Of a stretch of DNA of 64,000 nt, positions 40,330 to 51,200 are shown piece by piece. Source of the stretch: Candidatus Latescibacterota bacterium (GTDB taxonomy: Bacteria > Latescibacterota > UBA2968 > UBA8231); contig CBDFJF010000002.1 of the NCBI GenBank assembly GCA_965248265.1, positions 800,001 to 864,000 of the forward strand, written 5' to 3'. The number at the start of each line of letters is the position of its first letter. Position 1 is the first letter of the stretch. Under the pieces are notes generated by a model that saw only the letters and a program-made list of their open reading frames with translations, searched no databases and was not told the origin of the DNA. The translations under genes were made by a program, and so were the position numbers.

Positions 40330-40400
40330 CAATGGCGGTGGACATAGCCTTTCTCGGTACATAGTCGGGCAGACCTACACCATCGACGGTGGACAGATGA
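40326..40400 (+). pseudogene. Relic N-terminus of an RNase Z / MBL-fold gene
   Basis: ATGA overlap with ndh stop; MTMAVDIAFLGT*SGRPTP resembles RNase Z FLGTSSGxPT, with a TAG at 40362. Confidence 0.4.
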
Positions 40401-40557
40401 GCAACCTGTACGAAACGGGATCCTTCAAGGAACGAAGGTCCGAGCGCTTCGGAAAGGGGTACGTGGAGGGGATATAAGAGCGCTGGAAGCAGCCGGTTGG
40501 GAGACGGCTGCCTATTTCGTCGCACTCTGGGGCTCGTCCGCCGGCCGCTTTTTGAGC

Positions 40558-40586
40558 TTGCCGTAACTGCTTCCAGTTCAGATACT
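40558..40586 (+). promoter_or_regulatory. Putative sigma70 promoter
   Basis: TTGCCG-17 nt-GATACT; same -35 hexamer as the csp2 promoter. Confidence 0.35.
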
Positions 40587-40684
40587 TATTAGCTCTTCCC
40601 CAGAATTTCAGAATGGGGACGCCGTCGAGGGAACACCGGCGGGAACATGAATGATACGATTGAATTCAATACGGGAGTGGCCTG

Positions 40685-41677
40685 ATGAGTGAAGACACAC
40701 AACGTGAGCCGGTAGCTGAGTGGTTGTCATACCGCGAGGAGATTCGCGTTCTGGATTGCACGATCCGGGATGGCGGGTTGATGAATAACAGCAAGTTCAG
40801 CGACGAAGTCGTCCGCGGCGTGTACGACGCCTGTGTCGCCGGTGGCGTTGACTACATGGAGATGGGGTACATCAACTCGCTGGAACAGTTCCCGCCAAAG
40901 GAATACGGTCCGTGGCGCCACTGCAAGGAAGAGGACATGAGGCGAATCGTCGGCGACAACGACACGCCGTTGAAGCTGATGGCGATGGCGGATGCCGAGA
41001 AGAGTGACTACAAGACGGACATTCTTCCGGCAGAGCAAAGTGTCCTCGACATGATTCGAGTAGCCACATACATCCACCAGATCCCACTGGCACTGGACAT
41101 GATCAAGGACGCTAACGACAAGGGGTATGAGACGACGCTGAATCTGATGGCCGTGTCCACGGTACCAGAGAGCGAGGTCGATGAGGCGCTGGCGCTGTTG
41201 GCCAAATCGGAAACGCAGGCGGTCTATGTCGTGGACAGTTTCGGCTCGCTCTACATGGAGCAGGTTGACGCGCTCGTGGGCAAGTTTCTCGGTTACATGA
41301 AAAGTGCCGGTATCGAAGTCGGTATACACTGCCACAACAACCAGCAACTGGCTTTCGCCAACACCATCCAAGGGATCGTCAAAGGTGCCAACATGCTGGA
41401 TGCCAGCATGGCGGGATTGGGTCGCGGTGCCGGCAACTGTCAGCTGGAGCTGCTGATCGGTTTTCTGCACAATCCCAAGTACCGCCTGCGTCCGGTGCTG
41501 GAGTGCATTCAGGAGCACATCGAGCCGATGCGGGAGAAGCTGGGTTGGGGCTACGACTATCCCTACATGATCACGGGCAACCTGAACGAGCATCCACGCT
41601 CGGGGATGGCCTACAACGAGTCAAAGGACAGGGGGGACATCGTCAAGTTCTACGATCAGATGACGGAAGAGGACTGA
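40685..41677 (+). CDS. DRE-TIM metallolyase (HMGL-like / 4-hydroxy-2-oxovalerate aldolase-like)
   Basis: LDCTIRDGG, DSFGS, GIHCHNNQQLAFANT, GLGRGAGN. Confidence 0.85.
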   Translation: MSEDTQREPVAEWLSYREEIRVLDCTIRDGGLMNNSKFSDEVVRGVYDACVAGGVDYMEMGYINSLEQFPPKEYGPWRHCKEEDMRRIVGDNDTPLKLMAMADAEKSDYKTDILPAEQSVLDMIRVATYIHQIPLALDMIKDANDKGYETTLNLMAVSTVPESEVDEALALLAKSETQAVYVVDSFGSLYMEQVDALVGKFLGYMKSAGIEVGIHCHNNQQLAFANTIQGIVKGANMLDASMAGLGRGAGNCQLELLIGFLHNPKYRLRPVLECIQEHIEPMREKLGWGYDYPYMITGNLNEHPRSGMAYNESKDRGDIVKFYDQMTEED

Positions 41678-41680
41678 CGG

Positions 41681-42676
41681 ATGAAAATCTACACGGACGC
41701 AGACGCTTCGTTGGAGCCCCTGAAGGGGCAGACGGTCGCGATCTTGGGGTATGGCAATCAGGGCAGCGCCCAGGCCCGGAACCTGAGAGACAGCGGCGCC
41801 GACGTCGTCATCGGCAATCGCGAAGACAGCTATGCGGAGCAGGCCCGCACCGACGGCTTTGAAACCCTGTCGATAGCCGATGCGGCCAGGGCCGCCGATT
41901 ACGCGCTGGTGCTGACGACGGACGAGTCGCAACCGCTGATCTGGGAAGAGCAAATCGCTCCGGGAATCGAAGCGGGCAACACACTGGTATGGGCCAGCGG
42001 TTACAACGTCGCTTATGACCTAATCAAACCTGCCGCCGATGTTGATGTCGTGATGGTAGCGCCACGGACTACCGGCAGCATGGTGCGCCTGTTGTTCGAA
42101 AACGGCAAGGGAGCCATGGCGCAGGTCGCCGTGCACGAGGATTCCTCTGGGAAGGCATGGGAGAGGATGATGGCGATCGCTATGGGAATCGGTGCCACTA
42201 AAGGTGGCGTCTTCGAATCCTCATTCCGCGAAGAGGCGGAGCTGGATCTGTTTGCCGAGCAGGTGGTCTGGGCCGGATTCGTCGCCTGGATCCGGGAGTG
42301 CTTCGATCTGGGTGTGGAGCAGGGTTTTTCACCCGAGTTACTCGTGCTCGAGCTCTACGCTTCGCAGGAGGCGTCTGAGATCTTCGGCCTGATGGCACAG
42401 CACGGTTTCTTCAAGCAGATGGCGCATCACTCGACGACCAGCCAGTACGGCACGCTGTCCCGGGCACCGCTTGTTCTCAACGATGAGGTGCGAGCCCGTA
42501 TGCGTAGCAGCCTTGTAAAAGACATCAAGGGTGGTGGATTCGCCCGGGAATGGAGCAGCGAGCAGGCCGCCGGGTCGAAGGATCTTGCCAAGCTAAAGGA
42601 AGCCGCCTTCGCCAGCGCCATGGCCAAGGCCGAAGAGACGGTTATCGAGCTGGTACAGCAGGCTCACTCGGTCTGA
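41681..42676 (+). CDS. Ketol-acid reductoisomerase-like protein (IlvC family, divergent)
   Basis: ILGYGNQG.AQA.NLRDSG, DE, VVMVAPR, E..LDLFAEQ, HSTTSQYG. Confidence 0.8.
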   Translation: MKIYTDADASLEPLKGQTVAILGYGNQGSAQARNLRDSGADVVIGNREDSYAEQARTDGFETLSIADAARAADYALVLTTDESQPLIWEEQIAPGIEAGNTLVWASGYNVAYDLIKPAADVDVVMVAPRTTGSMVRLLFENGKGAMAQVAVHEDSSGKAWERMMAIAMGIGATKGGVFESSFREEAELDLFAEQVVWAGFVAWIRECFDLGVEQGFSPELLVLELYASQEASEIFGLMAQHGFFKQMAHHSTTSQYGTLSRAPLVLNDEVRARMRSSLVKDIKGGGFAREWSSEQAAGSKDLAKLKEAAFASAMAKAEETVIELVQQAHSV

Positions 42677-42783
42677 GTTTATTCCAAAGAGCAAATAACA
42701 GCTGTCGCGTGGCGTGGCCGGTTCGCGAAGACACCGCCGCCGCCCTTCGAGCAGGACAGTTGCGGCGCACCGGCATCGCGGCC

Positions 42784-43887
42784 TCAGGCAGAATCCACCA
42801 CCGACGGACCTCCGATTTCATCCTCTGAAGCGTAGATCCGCGCAACGCGTTGTGCGATGTCTTCCCAGCCAAATTCCAGCGCCCGGCGGTAAGCCGCTTC
42901 GCTCGCCGCTTCCAGATCGAACAAGTGGATCTGCGAAAGGGCTCGCTCCAGCCCGTCGTCTTCATCGGGGTCGAAGAGGATGCCCATCGAGTCGTCGATG
43001 AGCTCGGGCAGGCATCCTCGCCGCGGCAGGATCACCGGGGTGCCGAATGACAGAGCCGTGATCGCCGAACCTGATGTGAGAACTTCGGCGAACGGTAAGA
43101 CGACGGCGTCGGCAGCGTTCAGATAGATCTGAAAGTCCGACTCGGGAAAATAGGGGTTGGTGAAGACGAGAATCCTGTCGTCACCGACGGCCTGTCGTTC
43201 CAACTCGGCGGCATATTCCGGGTTGAAGGAGGAGCGCAGCATCAATAAGAGTACGGCGTCAGCGTCTGCCGCTCGGCCGAAGGCGGAGATCAGGGATTCG
43301 ACCGACTTGTAGGTGCGGGCATTACCGAAGAACAGGTAGACGAAGCGGGCTTCATCTATGCGCAGCTGAGCTCGGGCCTCAGTGCGGGAGATCTGGTTCG
43401 GAAACGCATTGATGAAATGGCCGTGCGGGATGATCTCGACGCGATCGCGTCGACCGAAGTGCTCAGCCGCCAGCTGTGCCGCATGCCGGCAGTGGGTGAT
43501 GACGACGTCGGCGTGCTCGCACACCAGGAGACGGGCGGCACGGTCTACCTGTGGGAAGGGGCGTTCGTGTGGGTAGAGGTTGTGTAGCGTCCAGATGATG
43601 CGATAGCCGAGTTTGCGTGCGTAGAACAGGTTCGCGGCGAAATGGTCGTAGCGTTCCTGCGTTGCGGCGAGACTATCTTCGCGGTAAAACTGATGCAGCC
43701 AGTTAAAGTGGAGGACGCTGAACTCCTCCCGGTTGTCGCGCAGCCACTCCCGTGAAAAGGCGTAATCGCCCAGTTCCAGTTGGATACCACGGTGGGCAAG
43801 GGCCAGTGCAAGCAGGCCGGCGTACGGATTGCAGCGATGTGCCAGGGTCAGGCCGCCGACGTCCTCCCAGAAAAAGAAGACCTTCAC
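42784..43887 (-). CDS. GT4 (GT-B) glycosyltransferase
   Basis: NPY, WTLHNLYPHE, IPHG, FFG....YK, AADAVVLPF...LTSGS...ALSFG.PV; GTGA overlap with upstream gene. Confidence 0.85.
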   Translation of the reverse strand: MKVFFFWEDVGGLTLAHRCNPYAGLLALALAHRGIQLELGDYAFSREWLRDNREEFSVLHFNWLHQFYREDSLAATQERYDHFAANLFYARKLGYRIIWTLHNLYPHERPFPQVDRAARLLVCEHADVVITHCRHAAQLAAEHFGRRDRVEIIPHGHFINAFPNQISRTEARAQLRIDEARFVYLFFGNARTYKSVESLISAFGRAADADAVLLLMLRSSFNPEYAAELERQAVGDDRILVFTNPYFPESDFQIYLNAADAVVLPFAEVLTSGSAITALSFGTPVILPRRGCLPELIDDSMGILFDPDEDDGLERALSQIHLFDLEAASEAAYRRALEFGWEDIAQRVARIYASEDEIGGPSVVDSA

Positions 43888-46016
43888 GATCGGCCGTCGG
43901 TACACACAGGGGTGCGAGCATAGCTGAACACACGGTCAGCCTCCGCTTCCCCCGGCAGGGTCACTTGCTGTTGCGTCGACAGCGCCACCAGGTGGCGTTC
44001 GCCGTCAGCTATGTGTACCCAAAATGCCAGGGTGCTCTCTGGCATGGTTCCCACGACGGGACTGATCCGGTCAATTCGACACTCGCTATGCCATCCATGG
44101 AACACGGCGACGTACGTCGTCGACTTGGCCGTTCGGCGCCGCAAAACGATATCGCTCGTGCGCGAAGTCGGGTTGTAGGGCACATGGCCCAGGACGACGG
44201 TGGTGCCGCTTTCGAACGGCAGGAATAACGACAGGTGGCCCTGTCGCAGACGCCAATCCAGGCGAGGACTGAGATCATTCGCAGGCGATTCGGGCAGGAA
44301 GAAGGACGCCGCATCGACATGACCATAGCCGTCGCCATCCATGGCTACCGGCTCGTCCGTTACGAATCCCAGGGGGTCGAGCAGGTCGCCATCGACGCGA
44401 CAGGCCCAGTCAAGTCGGCGTTCGCGGCTGGCCTCCACGGTGAAGAAATCGACGAAGTACTCCCCTTCTGCACATTGGAGTATGGTCCGCCGCATCGAGA
44501 TGCCGTCATACGGTTCCTGCTGCCATTCGACCCAGGCATCTGCCGTGCCCGCCAATGGGTCGCTGCCTTCAGCGAGAATTCCGTGCGCCCGGGGTTGTGA
44601 GTATCCGTCGACGATGACGGTATTGTGGCTGAGGGTCTGACGGAACCACGAATCATTCAGGGGAATGCCATAACCAGGAGTGCCAAGGTCAGGCGACGTG
44701 GGGTGGCCTCCGACGTAGAAGGAGATCGCTAGCTTGTCGGGATGGCCGTGGCCTCCGCCGTGGGGTCCGTGTTTGAGGAGAAGGCTGGTTTGGGTGGACA
44801 GCGGATCGCTCGACCGCAATAGGGAAATACCCGCCGTCGGCAGCAGGCAGCCTGTGGGGGCGAATTTGGTGTCTGCCGCTGGCAGATCGACCCCATATAG
44901 CAGCGCTTCGATCGAGTCCCGGCGCGATGGGGAAGTGTAGTTCTGCTGCAGGATCCAGACAAAGCGCCGGTCATCGAACCAGGCATGCGCGACTTCATAC
45001 AGTGCCGCCGCCGTTGGCACGCCGTGGCAGACCTCACCCAGCAACGACGTCGAGAACCAGCAGTCATTCGTGGCCGGCAGTCTTCCGTCCGGTTGCATCA
45101 ACTTGACGGCAACCGAGAACATTCTTTCCAGCCGGGGCTCCTTTCCTGGCAGTGAGTCGTCGGCACATTCACACAACTGTGCCAGCGAGACCAGGGCGGT
45201 TAAGGCGTAGAAGTGGTAGCTGGACGAGCCCTCCCACCACCATCCATCGTCATCGACACCACCACGCAGCTGTTGCCAGAAGCCGAATTCGCTTTTGAGT
45301 GCTTCGTCCTGCCAAGCGGTCTCGCCGAGGCAGAGACCGACGGCGGCGATGGCGGCGTTGTGCCAGCACTCGATGTTGTGAATCTCGAGGAAGCGCTCCC
45401 GTAGCAGGTGCTCGGCGGCCGGGCGCAACAACGCATTCTCGATCTGCTGACGCGCGTCGGTGCCCAGTGACTCCCGCAACAAATCGTAGGCTCGCACCAG
45501 CGGGATCAACCACACCGCCTCGTCCAGAGACTGAAAGGTGGCTTTGCCGCCGCCACCACGTCGTCCGTTGCGGGTCTTTCCGACTTCGGGTCGGGAGCCC
45601 TCATAGTGTGAATAGCGTTCGGCGTACCCGCGCAGGATGTCGTGGCATCGCGAGCGGCAGGCCTCATCGTCGTCCAGACTCCACAGAATGGCGAGTTGAA
45701 AAGCCGTCGTTGACAATCTGTCATTGACGAACCAGCGCCAGGCCGCGTCATACGGCTCACCCACGAATTCGCGTCCATCCTCCGGACAGCGGTGCCTGTA
45801 GGGATCAGCGGGATCGAAGCGGAGTTGCTGAGCGTGATCGGGGCAGAAGTAATCGTGATAGAAGCCGGCAGTCTTATCGGGTGGAGCCAGAGAAGCATTC
45901 GACGATAGAAAGGCTTCGGCCTCGTTTCGGACTCTACTATACGCGGGTTGGAATGCAGGTGTCCGCGAGCGGCTGCGAGCCAGCTCCATACGGCTGGGAC
46001 TCATGATTCGAGACAT
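43884..46016 (-). CDS. Heparinase II/III-family polysaccharide lyase (oligoalginate lyase-like)
   Basis: FQSLDEAVW, HN...W.N, DG.WWEGS.SYHFY, P..ND, GGGHGHPDKL, DLGTPGYG, LSHNTV. Confidence 0.8.
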   Translation of the reverse strand: MSRIMSPSRMELARSRSRTPAFQPAYSRVRNEAEAFLSSNASLAPPDKTAGFYHDYFCPDHAQQLRFDPADPYRHRCPEDGREFVGEPYDAAWRWFVNDRLSTTAFQLAILWSLDDDEACRSRCHDILRGYAERYSHYEGSRPEVGKTRNGRRGGGGKATFQSLDEAVWLIPLVRAYDLLRESLGTDARQQIENALLRPAAEHLLRERFLEIHNIECWHNAAIAAVGLCLGETAWQDEALKSEFGFWQQLRGGVDDDGWWWEGSSSYHFYALTALVSLAQLCECADDSLPGKEPRLERMFSVAVKLMQPDGRLPATNDCWFSTSLLGEVCHGVPTAAALYEVAHAWFDDRRFVWILQQNYTSPSRRDSIEALLYGVDLPAADTKFAPTGCLLPTAGISLLRSSDPLSTQTSLLLKHGPHGGGHGHPDKLAISFYVGGHPTSPDLGTPGYGIPLNDSWFRQTLSHNTVIVDGYSQPRAHGILAEGSDPLAGTADAWVEWQQEPYDGISMRRTILQCAEGEYFVDFFTVEASRERRLDWACRVDGDLLDPLGFVTDEPVAMDGDGYGHVDAASFFLPESPANDLSPRLDWRLRQGHLSLFLPFESGTTVVLGHVPYNPTSRTSDIVLRRRTAKSTTYVAVFHGWHSECRIDRISPVVGTMPESTLAFWVHIADGERHLVALSTQQQVTLPGEAEADRVFSYARTPVCTDGRS

Positions 46017-46065
46017 CGTGATCCGTGTTGGCCAAATCGCGGTGACTGAAGAGCGAGCCGATCGG

Positions 46066-47007
46066 CTACTTTTCTTGGGATACCCTTTTGCTGTCCAGGG
46101 TGGTTTTGACCAGCTCGCGCAGGTCTTCGACGCTGACCGGTTTCATCAGGTAGCCGTCAAAGGCATGGGTTTTGAGTTCTTCTTCTTCCATGTAGCCGGT
46201 CACCGCCAGCACTGGAAGCTTCGGGTGCTTGGCTCGCAGCTGCTTGAGTAGACCGATGCCATCCAGCTCCGGCATCTGGATATCGGTCACGACCAGGTCG
46301 GGTGATTCAGCCTTGATCACATCCAGGGCCTGCTTGCCGTCCGCCGCTTCTGATACAACGTACTGGTCCAGCCCTTTGGCGAGGAGTTTGCGTGCGGCCG
46401 GCTCATCGTCGACGACGAGGATGCGTGGCTCATTGGCGCGGGTCTCGATCTCGGCTTCGGCGTCTTTCCGCGGCATACCCTTTTCGGCCAACAGGTCCAA
46501 GGCAATGTTCAGGCGCCGTTCGAGCCGGCTTCCATCTTCGGCGAAACGAGCCTTCGCCGACAGGAAGTCGCGCATGCGGACATTGTCCTGCACCAGCTTT
46601 TCCGAAAGCATGCGGATGACGTTCTCGAAGATCTTTGACTTGAGCTCGCGCTGTCCGCGCAAGATGATGTCGAGTTTGGCTTTCTGGATTATCAGTATTC
46701 GGCTTGGGCTGATGGCTTCAACTGTTGCCGACCGGGGTTGCCCTGTGATCGCTCCCATTTCCCCTACCGTGGTCACCGGACGAATCGTGGCGACTCGGAA
46801 CGAGTTGTCGGCGACGATGGCCAGCTTGCCGGTGAGCAGGACATACATCTCATCACTGGGTTTGCCGCGCACGCACACCTTGGTACCGGGATCGACGCTC
46901 TTGGCCGTGCATTGACCCAGTATCAAGCGGATCTGTGTGGGGGAGAGGCCATGAAAAAGTGGGATCTTCTTCAGGACCTCGACCAGCTCTTTGGTTCTAT
47001 CCTGCAT
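46066..47007 (-). CDS. Cyclic-nucleotide-binding plus receiver-domain regulator
   Basis: KIPLF.GL, VGEMGAITGQPRSATV (CNB); ILVVDDE, DLVVTDIQMP..DG, KP (REC). Confidence 0.85.
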   Translation of the reverse strand: MQDRTKELVEVLKKIPLFHGLSPTQIRLILGQCTAKSVDPGTKVCVRGKPSDEMYVLLTGKLAIVADNSFRVATIRPVTTVGEMGAITGQPRSATVEAISPSRILIIQKAKLDIILRGQRELKSKIFENVIRMLSEKLVQDNVRMRDFLSAKARFAEDGSRLERRLNIALDLLAEKGMPRKDAEAEIETRANEPRILVVDDEPAARKLLAKGLDQYVVSEAADGKQALDVIKAESPDLVVTDIQMPELDGIGLLKQLRAKHPKLPVLAVTGYMEEEELKTHAFDGYLMKPVSVEDLRELVKTTLDSKRVSQEK

Positions 47008-47194
47008 ACAACCTGCTCTCCCGCTTCGACGATCCGCTCCATGATTGCGGACAACCGTACAGAATAGTGGAAGTCTTTCTCGGGTTTCTGTCAACGATGA
47101 GCAAACGCCGGTCGCTTGACAGGGTGCGCGGCCGCGATGTACCGTGCCTGCCAACGCGGACCATTCTCCGAACACGGGGAGAGAGAGTGAGATT

Positions 47195-48241
47195 ATGGCT
47201 GTAACATGGACATCGACGAAACGGCTGCACGTGATTCTCGCCGCTGGCGTTTCCTGCATGATCGCGGGCGGCGTTGCCGCTCATGCTCAGAGACCACCGG
47301 CGCCCGTTATCGTATCGGAAGTACTGGCGCAGGAAGTCGTTGACGCGATCACCCTGGTAGGCACCGTCCAGGGACGCCGCAACAGCACGGTTGCCAGCGA
47401 GACGGATGGCAAGGTTGTGGGCGTGCTGAAGGAGGCCGGCCAAGCGCTGCGCGCCGGCGACCCACTGATTCGCCTTGAGAATGATCAGCTTCGCGCGGCG
47501 TTGATCGAGGCGCTCGCCGACGTCAAGTTGCGCCGCTTCAACTCACAACAAAGCGCTGCGTTGTTGCGCGAGGAAGCTGTGTCGGAACAGTCGCAGCGCG
47601 ACAGTGACTATGAGTTTGACCGGGCGCAGGCGAAGCTGACGGATTTGCGCAACCAGGTTGAGGATCTCGAAATCAAGGCCCCTTTTGACGGCTACGTCGT
47701 CCAAACCACGGCCGAGCTGGGAGAGTGGATTGACCGTGGAGAAGGCGTGGCACAGGTCATCTCCATCGACACGGTTCGAATCAGGGTTGACGTGCCCGAG
47801 CATTACGTTGACGGGCTGCGCCTTGGAGCATCGGCCAGCCTCTATATCGATGCCCTGAGTTCCAGTCAATTTGAAGGGCGTGTCGTCGCCATTCTGCCCC
47901 AGGGCCTGCCGGACTCTCGCACCTTCCCCGTCATCGTCGAAACCCTGAATCCGCGCCACCGCATGCGTGGCGGTATGTCGTCGCGAGTGACGCTGGATAT
48001 CGAACGCCCCGGCACGGCCCTTCTCGTGCACAAGGATGCGCTCGTGAGCGGACCCATGGGCCACATGGTCTACCTCGCTCAGCAGGAGCAGGCTGCGGCC
48101 AGACCAGTGACTGCAGGAATGCCGCACAAGGGATACGTCTCCGTCCAGGGTGACCTTGCAGCTGGTGACCTCGTCATCGTCCGCGGCAACGAGCGCCTGC
48201 AAGACGGCCAGACGATTCGGGTCATCCGCCGACAGGAATGA
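47195..48241 (+). CDS. RND efflux membrane-fusion protein
   Basis: VASETDGKV, IKAPFDG.V, VPE, SRTFPV, GDLVIVRG...L.DG. Confidence 0.88.
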   Translation: MAVTWTSTKRLHVILAAGVSCMIAGGVAAHAQRPPAPVIVSEVLAQEVVDAITLVGTVQGRRNSTVASETDGKVVGVLKEAGQALRAGDPLIRLENDQLRAALIEALADVKLRRFNSQQSAALLREEAVSEQSQRDSDYEFDRAQAKLTDLRNQVEDLEIKAPFDGYVVQTTAELGEWIDRGEGVAQVISIDTVRIRVDVPEHYVDGLRLGASASLYIDALSSSQFEGRVVAILPQGLPDSRTFPVIVETLNPRHRMRGGMSSRVTLDIERPGTALLVHKDALVSGPMGHMVYLAQQEQAAARPVTAGMPHKGYVSVQGDLAAGDLVIVRGNERLQDGQTIRVIRRQE

Positions 48242-48242
48242 G

Positions 48243-51200
48243 ATGAAGCTCGTCCAGTCCTCCATTCAGCGTCGTCGTCGGCATCATTTTCGTTGCCTTG
48301 TTCGGCCTCATCTCGCTGTTCCGTATTCCCGTACAGTTGACGCCGGATGTCGATCGTCCCGTGGTGACGGTTACGACCACCTGGGCGGGTGCCAGTCCAG
48401 AGGAGATCGAGCAGGAGATCGTTCAACGCCAGGAAGAAAAGCTCAAGAGCGTTGAGGGATTGGTGAAGATGACGAGCGAGTCCACGGACAGTCGCGGCGT
48501 CATCAACCTGGAATTTGCCGTGGGCAACAATCCTGAGGCCTCGCTGTTGACGGTATCGAATAAACTGGAGCAGGTCACCGGCTATCCATTGGATGCGGAT
48601 CGTCCTAACGTGGCCAGCGGCAGTGCTTCCAACACCAACTGGATCACCTGGATCATCCTCGACGTCATGCCCGGTCACGAGGAGGATATCGACGTCGAGT
48701 TGTTTCGCGATCTGGCTGACGATGTTATCAAGGCCGAACTCGAGCGGGTCCCGGGTGTGGCTCAGAGCAACGTGTACGGCGGTTACGACCGTGAACTGCA
48801 GGTGGTCGTCGATCCGGTTGCGTTGGCCGCGCGGGGCATCACCGTCGACGAGATGGCGACGGCGATTGCCAGCGAAAACATCAACATCAGTGCCGGTTCG
48901 TTCGATGAGGGCAAACGTCGTTACATCGTTCGCACCGTAGGCCAATTCCAACGACCCGAGGACATCGAGGCCGTTGTCATTCGAGCGAGCGGAGAACGGG
49001 TCACCGTCGGAGACGTGGCGCGGGCGAAGCTGGGGTACAAGCGTTCCGAAGCGACGGTGCGCGTCAAGGGTCGCCAGGCCATCGCCATCAACGCCACGCG
49101 TGAGACCGGCGCCAACGTGCTGGTAGTGATGGAAGGGATCCGCGAGACCATTGTCGCACTCAACGCAGGGCCACTGGCTGCCGAACACCTGTTCCTGGAG
49201 CAGGTTTACGATGAGACCGAGTACATCTCCTCGGCCATCGACCTGGTGCGCAGCAATATTTTCATCGGCGGACTGCTGTCAATCTGTGTGCTGCTGCTGT
49301 TTCTGCGCAGCGCCAGCAGCGTCCTCATCATCGCCACGGCGATTCCGATTTCGATCGCCGAGACGTTTCTGGTGATGTCGCTGATGGGCCGCAACATCAA
49401 TGTGATCAGCCTGGCTGGGATGGCCTTCGCCATCGGCATGCTCGTCGACAATGCCATCGTTGCCCTGGAGAATATTTTTCGCCACCTCGAGATGGGCAAG
49501 AGTCGCACTCAGGCTGCCTACGATGGCGTCGTGGAGGTGTGGGGCGCATTGCTCGCAAGCACCTTGACGACGGTGGCGATCTTTCTGCCGATCGTCTTCG
49601 TCGAGGATGAAGCAGGACAGCTCTTTCGTGATATCGCCATCGCAGTTTCGGCCTCTGTGACCCTCAGTCTGATCGCGGCGATCACGGTCATACCGATGAT
49701 GGCGAACAAGATCATGCGCAGGCGGGATGCCAGAGAGCGTGACGACAGCCAAGCTGGCATGCTGGCTTTTTTGGATCGTTTTGGGGAGCGAGCCAAAGAC
49801 GGCATCACCAACAGCGTATACAGCATAAGCGGCAGCACCTTCGCCCGTCTTGCCGTCGTTATCCTGCTCGTCGGCAGCTCGGCGTTACTCGTGCGATGGC
49901 TGGCACCAAAAGCGGAATACCTTCCCACCGGAAACCGCAACCTGATTTTCTCGATCCTGCTGCCGCCACCCGGTTACAACCTGGATGAGCTGATCTCCGT
50001 GGGACAGGGGATTGAGGAGGTGCTGCGTCCGCGCTGGGAAGCCGAACCCGGAACGCCAGCTGCAGATGCTATCGAGGGACCATTGATGAAAAACATGTTC
50101 TTCGTGGCTTTTGGCAGAACAGCCTTCATGGGGGCGCGGGCGCAAGATCACGACCGTGCGCGCGAGCTCATCCCCATCATCCAAGGGCCGCTCTTCGGTG
50201 TGCCCGGGATGATCGCCATCGTCATCCAGTCCGGCCTGTTTCAGCGTGGCGGACGAGCCATCGATATCGAGATTACCGGACCGGAACTGGAGCGTCTCGT
50301 CGGTCTCGGAGGTCAGATATTCGGCCAGGTGATGCAGGTGGTTCCCGGCAGTCAAGCCCGACCCATCCCCAGCCTCGACATCGGCAACCCGGAAGTGCGA
50401 GTCATTCCCGATCGCATTCGCGCGGCCGAGGTCGGTCTGTCCACCCGCGAAATCGGAGTCGCCGTGAACGCGCTGATGGACGGGGCCTTGATCGACGGGT
50501 ACCAGTATCGCGGCGAGGAGATCGATCTGGTACTGAAGGGCATGGAGGACTGGTTCCGAACCCAGGACATCGGCAACCTGCTCATCCACACTCCACAGGG
50601 ACGTTTGATTCCACTCAGCTCGGTGGCCGAGGTGATAACGACGACGGGCCCCGAGCAGATCAATCACATCGAGCGCACACGGGCCATCACGATTCAGGTG
50701 ACGCCGCCCGAATCGATCGCGCTCGAGACCGCCATCGATGATATCAGGCAGCAGATCATCGAGCCGTTTCAGGCCAGCGGGCAAGTCAACGCGCCGTTCT
50801 CCATCCAGCTCTCGGGCACCGCCGACGATCTGAGCCAGACCAGGGATGCTCTGCAATGGAACTTCCTGCTCGCCCTGGTCATCACCTTTTTGCTGATGGC
50901 GTCTCTGTTCGAGAGCTTCCTCTATCCTCTCGTCATCATGTTGAGCGTACCTGCTGCAGCCGCCGGCGGGGTGCTGGGATTAGTTGCCGTGAATGCGGCG
51001 GGGACCTTTCAGGCCATGGATATCCTGACGATGCTGGGTTTCGTCATTCTCATCGGCGTTGTCGTAAACGCCGCCATCCTGATCGTGCACCAGACCCTGA
51101 ACATCATGCGAGCCGAGCCCGAGGTTGATCCCCGAGATGCGATTCGCCGCGCCGTGGACAGTCGGGTGCGGCCCATTTTTATGTCGGTGATCACGAGTGC

